64,000 nucleotides of DNA from an uncultured Nitrososphaeraceae archaeon (GTDB taxonomy: Archaea; Thermoproteota; Nitrososphaeria; Nitrososphaerales; Nitrososphaeraceae). Below are positions 56,555-64,000 of this stretch, in pieces; positions within the stretch are counted from its first letter, which is position 1; every line of letters starts with the position of its first letter. The notes under the pieces were generated by a model. That model did not search any database. It was not told the DNA's origin and saw nothing but the letters and a program-made list of their open reading frames with translations. The DNA is taken from the NCBI GenBank assembly GCA_963837175.1, contig CAWIMJ010000016.1, forward strand, positions 1 to 64,000. Reading direction: 5' to 3'. The position numbers and the translations under genes are program-made.

Positions 56555-58639
56555 CTATAACAATAGTAGCATTATTACTACTATCATAATCCCTACACCA
56601 AAGACGAATAAGTATGTTTGAGTTATTCCAGTCTGTCCGGATTTTACTACCTTAGAAACGTATGTCATAGAGTATTGTAATGCAGGATTAATTCCATCAA
56701 TAACGACGCTCTCAAAGTATCGCCATATTATACGATAGATTGCAAGGGGTCCTATTACTCCTCCCCAATAAAGGGCACTATTTAGATACCATCTGTTGTA
56801 AAGGAATTTCCATATCGCCTTAGTAACTATATTTCTAGAGACAATCCCAGGATCTGCCTTCCTTGCAATATAGAAAATGAAACCTAATACAGCTCCTATT
56901 GTGAATGCTCCAATTGACGCAATAGCAGCTATAGGATTAAGGCCAAAGAATGTTTTCTCTCCTTTAGGCAATATTTGGATTTCTGATGTAGATGCTTCGC
57001 TTCTATGTTCTTGTTCTCCAATTCCAAAAGAATCCAATAGATAACCACCTAGCAAACTATGAATTTCAGCTTCAAAGACAAAGCCCACTACTCCTATAGA
57101 TATTGTTGCTATAGCAAGTATCGCAAACGGTATCCACAAACTTGCACTCACCTCATGGAGATGATGACCGCTTTGCTCTATTTCTTTAAGATGTTTACTT
57201 TCATTACCGAAAAATGACATACCTATCATTCTAAAAGTGTAAAATGCAGTCATTATTGCAACAATAACACCCACTGCAAAAAGTGGCCATGCATAAGTAT
57301 AGCCGGATTCCAATACTGCTGCAAATATTGCATCCTTGCTCCAAAAGCCAGACGTAACTAGAGGTGCTCCCGCTAATGACAAACTTGCAAGCAACATAAA
57401 GATGTAGGTCTTTTTCATGTGTTTTCGAAGGCCACCCATATCTGTCATAAATCTTGATCCTACAGTATGAAGTAGCGCACCTGCACCCATGAAAAGGGAG
57501 GCTTTAAACATGGCATGACTCATCAAATGGAAAAATCCTGCAGTATAACCATCTACAAAATTTGTTGATAATCCTGCAATCCCCAGACCCATCATCATAT
57601 AGCCTATCTGGGATCCAGTCGAATATGCAAGAACTTTTTTGATTTCTGGATTTACCAAAGCCTGACTTGCAAGCAAGAAAGCGGTTATGGCTCCAACCCA
57701 TGCAACAACTTCGAAGAATTGCGTCATACCAAAAGCAGCAAGAGCGAAGAATAACGGACCAATACGCGCAACTAAAAATACGCCTGCCTTAACCATAGTA
57801 GCAGCGTGAATTAATGCAGATACTGCTGTCGGACCAGTCATGGCCTCCAAAAGCCATTCGTTTAAAGGAAACTGTGCAGATTTTCCAACTGCACCTCCAA
57901 ATAGAAGCACAGCTGCAGGGACAAGTAAGTTCTGTTTAGCCATTTCTTGTGCCCATGTTTGGTCTGAGAGCAATTCTTTAAAGCCAAAAGTTCCAGCGTA
58001 TGTAAATATAAGAAACATACCAGCAAGCATCATTGTATCTCCAGCTCGAGTCATCAAAAAGGCCTTCATTCCTGCATGTGATGGAGAATACCACAAAGCA
58101 ATACCGCCAGCCTTATGACCTTCTTTGCCAACAAAGTCTTTCTTCTTGTCATAATACCAGAATCCGATCAAAGCATAAGATGCAAATCCCACGCCTTCCC
58201 ATCCAAAGAAGACCATAAGCAGGTTGTCTGATAACACAATAAGTTGCATCGATCCTATAAAAAATAACATAAAGAACCAATATCTTGTAAGGTCCTTGTC
58301 TCCATGCATATAGCCAGTAGAGTAGACAAAGATAAGAAATGAGATCCAAGCGACCAGGTTTGTCATGATCACGGAAAGTGGATCAGCCAATACTCCAGCT
58401 TTCAAATTGACAGAAGAAATCCAGGAAACCTGGCTGTGGATTTCTTGTCCTGCAAGTCCCATAGGAATCAAAGTTGTTGCCGAGATGGCACTTGCCAATG
58501 CGAAACCTACAGCAGCATAATTTGTCGCTTTATTACCTGCTCGTGCCACTCCAGCAATAATTGCCGCGCCTACAAAAGGTAGAATCCATACTAGCCAAAC
58601 GTTTATTCCAAATCCTTCAAATCCTAATGTTTCAACCAT
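56555..58639 (-). CDS. nuoL: NADH-quinone oxidoreductase subunit L
   Basis: GWEGVG, GKSAQFPL..WL.EAM.GPTAVSALIHAATMV.AGV. Confidence 0.92.
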   Translation of the reverse strand: MVETLGFEGFGINVWLVWILPFVGAAIIAGVARAGNKATNYAAVGFALASAISATTLIPMGLAGQEIHSQVSWISSVNLKAGVLADPLSVIMTNLVAWISFLIFVYSTGYMHGDKDLTRYWFFMLFFIGSMQLIVLSDNLLMVFFGWEGVGFASYALIGFWYYDKKKDFVGKEGHKAGGIALWYSPSHAGMKAFLMTRAGDTMMLAGMFLIFTYAGTFGFKELLSDQTWAQEMAKQNLLVPAAVLLFGGAVGKSAQFPLNEWLLEAMTGPTAVSALIHAATMVKAGVFLVARIGPLFFALAAFGMTQFFEVVAWVGAITAFLLASQALVNPEIKKVLAYSTGSQIGYMMMGLGIAGLSTNFVDGYTAGFFHLMSHAMFKASLFMGAGALLHTVGSRFMTDMGGLRKHMKKTYIFMLLASLSLAGAPLVTSGFWSKDAIFAAVLESGYTYAWPLFAVGVIVAIMTAFYTFRMIGMSFFGNESKHLKEIEQSGHHLHEVSASLWIPFAILAIATISIGVVGFVFEAEIHSLLGGYLLDSFGIGEQEHRSEASTSEIQILPKGEKTFFGLNPIAAIASIGAFTIGAVLGFIFYIARKADPGIVSRNIVTKAIWKFLYNRWYLNSALYWGGVIGPLAIYRIIWRYFESVVIDGINPALQYSMTYVSKVVKSGQTGITQTYLFVFGVGIMIVVIMLLLL

Positions 58640-58654
58640 TTTTGTCTCATCTGA

Positions 58655-60452
58655 TTATTTTAAATACACTCCTTCCGAAGCAATTGCAGTTTTTTCAAAC
58701 ATGCTAGCGCCATTATCATCATTAATATTTGTGTCGATACTTTCATGCCCTGCTTTTGGAATAGGTAATACTTCAGGAGTATCTGAAAAAATCCCTTGAA
58801 TGTATCCTGTTATAGGATTAAGGAATGGATCAGGATATACTCCGATAATCAGTGTAATAGCGGCAAGAACAGCCATTGTCACAGTGATATATCGACTTGA
58901 ATCTCTGACATGAACATGCTCTTCTGAAATCTTACCAAAGAACACACGTTTATACATCCATAGGATATAGGCAGAAGATAATACAGTAGCCAAGATACCA
59001 AATCCGAAGACTGTCACCCTTAAAGAATCCCAATGGTTAACACCTGTTTGCAAAACACCATTGAAAAGAATCCATTCTGCCATAAAACCACTAGTTGGTG
59101 GAATGCCAATGATAGTCAAAGCTCCTATCATTGTAATTACTGCGGTATACGGCATTTTGCCTGCTAATCCACCCAGCTTTGACATCCTTCTGGTTCCTGT
59201 TTGTAGAATAATAGATCCTGCCATCATGAAGAGTATGGCCTTCCCAAGTCCATGGGTAATATACATCATCGTTGCGCCAGTAATACCTAGGATACTTTCC
59301 GATCCAAGACCGAACAGAATATAACCCATCTGGCTGATACTTGAATATGCCAGAACCTTCTTGATATCGTCTTGCATCAATGCCATTGCTCCGCCATAAA
59401 TCATAGTAGCAAGTCCCCACAGGTTAATATAGAGACTGTATTCAGCATAGCTTCCCGTTAAAAGGTCAAGCCATAATCGAAGTAAGCCATAAGCTCCTAT
59501 TCCGATCATAGCAGGCGACAGCAGAGCTGAAACAGGAGTAGGAGCTTCTGCGTGCGCATAAGGAAGCCAGATATGCAGTAGGAATGCAGCCAATTTTACT
59601 CCAAGGCCAACTACAAGCGCAAAAATAATAATAGACATCCACTGTATTGGAATTTGTGACGCATTTGCTTTGATTGTATCAAAATCAAATCCTCCTGCAA
59701 AAAATCCCATCGCTAATAAGGCAAGTAGTAGAACTACAGCACCCACATGTGTCCAAAAGAAAAACATTAGAGCAATTCTTCGTCTTGCTCCATAACCATA
59801 GAATGCTATAAGAAAGAAGGAAGGAACAAGCATCAATTCAAAGAAGACATAAAATTGTATCAGGTTTGTTGCAAGGACTGTGCCAAACATACCCATAGAG
59901 AACGCCAAATAAAGTGCAAAATAAAGTCCCATCTGTGAATTCAAGTATCTTTTTGTGTCGACTGTTGATTCTACTTGAGATCCAAATTGCATTTTGGTTC
60001 TATTAGTATAAGGACTACTACTGCTTCCACCTTGGTCACCACCAATTCCTCCGCTAGCTCCCTTATTGCCTGAACCGGTGGAAGGTTGTTCGCCGCCAAC
60101 ATGATCACCTTCCATATCTTCCATGATTCTGTGCATCATATAGGGTTTAGAATAAAGTGCAAGTACAGGTACATAGTATGTATATTATCATAGCGAATGG
60201 TAAGCTAAGACCATCTAATCTAAGTCCGAAATTTCCAAATTGACTCCAAGGATAACTCTCAACATAAGCTGAATGACCACTTGTGAGTGTCATTGCAGGG
60301 ATAAATAGCAACCCAGTAGAAATAGCTAAAATTCCAAACGAAAACCAAGTCGTAATAGTGACGCCATATTTTTTGGCCAAAAAATAGGATACAGGTGACG
60401 ATAAAAGAGGCAGAAAGGTTGCTGCTAAAAGAAAATACGATGACTCTACCAT
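58655..60452 (-). CDS. nuoM: NADH-quinone oxidoreductase subunit M, +1 frameshift near 60168 (probably a sequence error)
   Basis: FYVFFE, HIWLPYAHAEAPTP; removing one base joins ILCTVLALYSKPYMMHR. Confidence 0.88.
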
Positions 60453-60460
60453 TTTGTATT

Positions 60461-60763
60461 CTATCCTCGCATACTCCTAAATTCTTCAACATCTATCTCT
60501 TTGTATAGCCTATATGCTATGATGATAATACCGAGTCCGACGGCTACCTCTGCTGCGGCAATAGCAATAGAAAAAAGAGCAAATACTTGGCCTTGGGCAT
60601 TCGGTAAATTCCTTGAAAAAGCAATCAAGTTTAGGTTTGCCGCATTGGCAATTATTTCGATCGAAAAGAGCATTCGGATAGCATTACGTTTGACAACTAG
60701 CCCGTAGATACCTATTGCTACCAGTACCAGAGATACTATAAGAAAGTCAATAAGTTGGCTCAT
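60461..60763 (-). CDS. nuoK: NADH-quinone oxidoreductase subunit K
   Basis: RNAIRMLFSIE, GQVF, AAAEVAVGL. Confidence 0.92.
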   Translation of the reverse strand: MSQLIDFLIVSLVLVAIGIYGLVVKRNAIRMLFSIEIIANAANLNLIAFSRNLPNAQGQVFALFSIAIAAAEVAVGLGIIIIAYRLYKEIDVEEFRSMRG

Positions 60764-61271
60764 TTTGTTGTTCCATATCCTCCCTGCGTGCTAACGCTAG
60801 CGCTCCTATTACAGATCCAGCTAATGTTAAAGCTAATACTATCAATGCCGGTGCATAATAAGTAACCATCTGTTTACCTATTGTCGTAAAATCAATAGCA
60901 GGTCGTTGAAGATTACCAAAGCTTGGGTCATTGATACCAGATAAAAGCAAAAGAGATCCTATACCGCCAATAAAAATTAGCATAAAAATAATGCCAGCTA
61001 ATTTTCTGCCTTTATCCTCTGTTGTGCTAAAGAGAGCCTGAGTTCTAACGAGCATAACTGTAAAAATAACTAGTACAGCTACTGCACCTACATAGACAGT
61101 AATCTGAAACATTGCCACAAAAGGAGAATCTAAAATAAGAAAGAAGCCTGCGATGCCCAACATAGAAATGGCTAGCGCAATTGCACCATAGACCAGCTCA
61201 CGACTCTCCAGTGCGACTATTGCAGAACCAATAGTCATTACAGATACTGCAATGAATATAGGATCAGCCAT
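60747..61271 (-). CDS. nuoJ: NADH-quinone oxidoreductase subunit J
   Basis: QITVYVGAVAVLVIFTVML; start MADP. Confidence 0.9.
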   Translation of the reverse strand: MADPIFIAVSVMTIGSAIVALESRELVYGAIALAISMLGIAGFFLILDSPFVAMFQITVYVGAVAVLVIFTVMLVRTQALFSTTEDKGRKLAGIIFMLIFIGGIGSLLLLSGINDPSFGNLQRPAIDFTTIGKQMVTYYAPALIVLALTLAGSVIGALALARREDMEQQNEPTY

Positions 61272-61788
61272 GCGTAGCACCCATCTCATCAATTTTTATT
61301 TCGACATCTCCATCATATTTTGGCTTGACTGCCAATTGTGCTGGAGTATATATCAAATGTTCTTTGGTAAAAGAAGACAGTTCGTAATCATTTGTCATAA
61401 ATAAAGCATAGAATGGACATGCATCAACACATAAACCACAAAATACACATTTGCCAAAGTCAATCTGTGGCATAATAGATTTCTTATTGTGTTTCCACTG
61501 TTCATTTACTTTTACCATACCAATAGCTTCTGCAATACCTTCACATGCAATTGCACATAGCTGACATCCTGTACATTTATCATGAAAAAGTATATGTCTA
61601 CCACGTGTTCCTGCAATACCAACTCCACGTTTTGGATCAAACTGATATCCATCTCCAACAAACTTGAGCTTTTGTTCCGGATATCGGAAAGTAAATCTTT
61701 TGAGTATGAGATGCTTTGAACCTGATTCTATTGCTTTAATAAATCCACTTGCTGATGATGAATTAAAGTTCGGAGAGGAAAAAATCAT
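61264..61788 (-). CDS. nuoI: NADH-quinone oxidoreductase subunit I
   Basis: Two CxxCxxCxxxC 4Fe-4S motifs; ATG overlaps the nuoH stop. Confidence 0.9.
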   Translation of the reverse strand: MIFSSPNFNSSSASGFIKAIESGSKHLILKRFTFRYPEQKLKFVGDGYQFDPKRGVGIAGTRGRHILFHDKCTGCQLCAIACEGIAEAIGMVKVNEQWKHNKKSIMPQIDFGKCVFCGLCVDACPFYALFMTNDYELSSFTKEHLIYTPAQLAVKPKYDGDVEIKIDEMGATHG

Positions 61789-63051
61789 TGTGTCAATACT
61801 CCACCTGGTCCTAAGACTCCGCCATAAATCAGTGCTAGTGCTATAAAGGCATTTATGAATGTCAAGACTATAAGTTTGTACCAACCAGTGTGAAGCAAGA
61901 TATCTATTCTAATACGTGGATTTATGCCTCGTGGAAGTAATATTAGCATGATCATTCCAAATGTCTTTAATGTAAACCAAAAAATTGCATTGACTGTCGT
62001 AGGATTATAAATTTGTACGCCTGTATATCCTGGAATGATTTCTTTTGGAAATATCTGAGGCCCTGCCCATCCGCCAAGGAATAATATTACAAAAAGTGCA
62101 GCCAGAACATAGAGTTTGAGGTAGGTTCCAAGCTGAATTAGCCCATAAATCATACCTGATGTTTCAGTAAGCCAGCCTGCCACAATTTCGGATTCTGCTT
62201 CGGGTAAGTCAAATGGAATCCTTTCAAGCTCAGCTAAAGAAGAAATATAGAATACAAATGCACTGATCGGAAGGAATAAAATAAACCAAAACGGCTGTTG
62301 AGCGAGTGCAATATCTGTGAGATTAAGAGAACCAGCAAGAATAACAACAGAAAGAGCCGAAAGAATGAATGGAATTTCGAAAGCTATCATTTGATGTAAT
62401 GCTCTTATTCCGCCAATGAATGGATATTTGCTATTACTAGCCCACGAAAAAAGTAATGCAATTAGAGGAAAAAATCCCAATATTGCAAATACTGCAAGAA
62501 GACCTACATCTAGATCTGCGGCTACCCAACCTGGAGCCACAGGCACCAAGGCCGCTAGTGCTGCCAGCTGTTGCAACAAACGCAATAGGAGCTAGCCAGA
62601 AAATCGGTTTGTCAGCTTCTGAAGGAACTATAATCTCTTTTGAAATAAGTTTCAGTCCATCAGCAGCTAATTGTAGAATTCCTTCAATTTTACCAGCATA
62701 AAGTGGACCAACTCTCAACTGCATCTTTGCTAGGAATTTACGCTCAATGAAAATTGTAGCAGCTGCAAGTAAAGCTGCAAATGTAAATCCAGGAAATACT
62801 GCAATTCTGAATATGTCAGTATGAATCAAAAACTTGATGATCGGCAGAGTACGTGTAGGATCCACTACCATTGATAGAAATAAGTATGGTGTAAGAACTT
62901 CTCCATTGACAGGCGGAAGTGGTACATAAAATAATATGATAAAAATAATCGGTAAGCCCACCAGCGCAACGATAATCAGAATCCAAAAAATCAGCCAAAT
63001 AAGGCTACCAACAAAATTACCGAAACGAAAGTCTTTTGGAGCTGTTGCCAC
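61785..63051 (-). CDS. nuoH: NADH-quinone oxidoreductase subunit H, +1 frameshift near 62564 (probably a sequence error)
   Basis: ERKFLAKMQLRVGP, ADGLKL..KE, SNSKY, RIPFDLPEAESE. Confidence 0.88.
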
Positions 63052-63053
63052 TT

Positions 63054-64000
63054 CTATCTATCAGCCTCCACTGGCCAGTAATTTAATGCCCAATAAATAG
63101 AGGGCATGTCTGCCAATTTTGCTCCTATTAGTAAATGAGGTAATGCTAGAATGTTTCTAAAAGAGCCAACAGATATCTTAACTCTATAAGGTTTTGGAGT
63201 TCCATCACTTACAATATAATATCCAAGAGCGCCCCTTCCTGATTCAACCCTCCTATAAGCTTCGCCTGGAAGCCCCTTAGGGTTAGGCTGCAACTTTGCT
63301 CGAACTTCTCCAGAATCAGGCATCTTATCTAGCAGCTGTCTCATAATATGACATGATTCTTTCATATCCAATAATGGAACATAAGCTCTTGCGAATGAAT
63401 CGCATGTTTTCATATATTGGACTTTAAAATCGATTTCATTGTATACATCGTATGGTTCAGCTTTCCGGACATCGAATGGGATTCCAGAAGCCCGTAGCAC
63501 AGAACCTGTAACGCCTAGTTTAATTGCATCTTCCTTTGTCAAGATTCCAACTCCCTCTGTCCTCTGTCGTAATAATGGGTTATTGTAAAATATGTCCTCA
63601 TATTCCTTTAACCGTTTCTCAAAATATGCAATGTTTCTTAGGCACCTATCCTTAAAGCCATTTGGTACATCATTTCTGACGCCTCCGGGTATGTTGAATG
63701 CATGAGTTACCCTTGCACCAGTCAGTGCATCCAATAAATCAATAAATAATTCCCTGTCGCCTGTTGGCCACATAAACATAGTAGAATGGCCAAGAAAGAT
63801 TCCATAGATTGCAAGCCAATATAGTGTATATACTTGACGGTTAAGCTCTGATGCAATGGCTCTAATGAACTGCCCTCGTCTAGGGACTTGAATCCCCACT
63901 AGTTCTTCTACTGCTAGACTATACGAATATGTAATATTATTAGAATCATGAATAACAGGACGCTCAAGATGAGGTATATTTTGAATGAAATTACGGTACT
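63054..64000 (-). CDS. nuoD: NADH-quinone oxidoreductase subunit D (5' end beyond the window)
   Basis: SELNR, TGARV, GSVLRASG, VESGRG, EADR terminus. Confidence 0.9.
   Translation of the reverse strand, partial: YRNFIQNIPHLERPVIHDSNNITYSYSLAVEELVGIQVPRRGQFIRAIASELNRQVYTLYWLAIYGIFLGHSTMFMWPTGDRELFIDLLDALTGARVTHAFNIPGGVRNDVPNGFKDRCLRNIAYFEKRLKEYEDIFYNNPLLRQRTEGVGILTKEDAIKLGVTGSVLRASGIPFDVRKAEPYDVYNEIDFKVQYMKTCDSFARAYVPLLDMKESCHIMRQLLDKMPDSGEVRAKLQPNPKGLPGEAYRRVESGRGALGYYIVSDGTPKPYRVKISVGSFRNILALPHLLIGAKLADMPSIYWALNYWPVEADR

Noticed and set aside
58655-63051. Programmed frameshifting or true pseudogenisation of nuoH and nuoM
   Set aside because: No slippery sequence at the shifts; the same lone +1 pattern occurs in unrelated genes; the rest of the operon is intact

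Overview
AT-rich archaeal DNA, most consistent with a soil ammonia-oxidising thaumarchaeon (Nitrososphaeraceae). The evidence is the nuoD-H-I-J-K-M-L-N gene order, archaeal-type tRNAs and typical thaumarchaeal protein families. From about 52.3 to 64 kb the window is core chromosome: tRNA-Ile2(CAT), a PqqC/TenA-like gene, tRNA-Glu(TTC) with a D-loop intron, a polyprenyl synthase and complex I. Everything left of the tRNA-Ile 3' end (1 to about 52.27 kb; left border not visible) is a large accessory island. It holds four broken tyrosine-integrase genes from two families, several copies of the tRNA 3' end, and relics of terminase large subunit (two), PolB exonuclease and IS6. It also holds duplicated AbrB/Zn-finger and FUN14-like modules and many metabolic or secreted cargo genes. 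The most unusual signal is a dispersed family of about 48-bp imperfect inverted-repeat sites (tRNA-3'-end-like left arm, central AAATTTGACTC, right CCCA arm). These sites bracket one- or two-gene segments like a cassette array and come with two different tRNA-derived cores. All protein calls are from motif recognition by eye; no database search was run. Single +1 insertions in core genes (nuoH, nuoM) suggest some frameshifts are sequencing errors.
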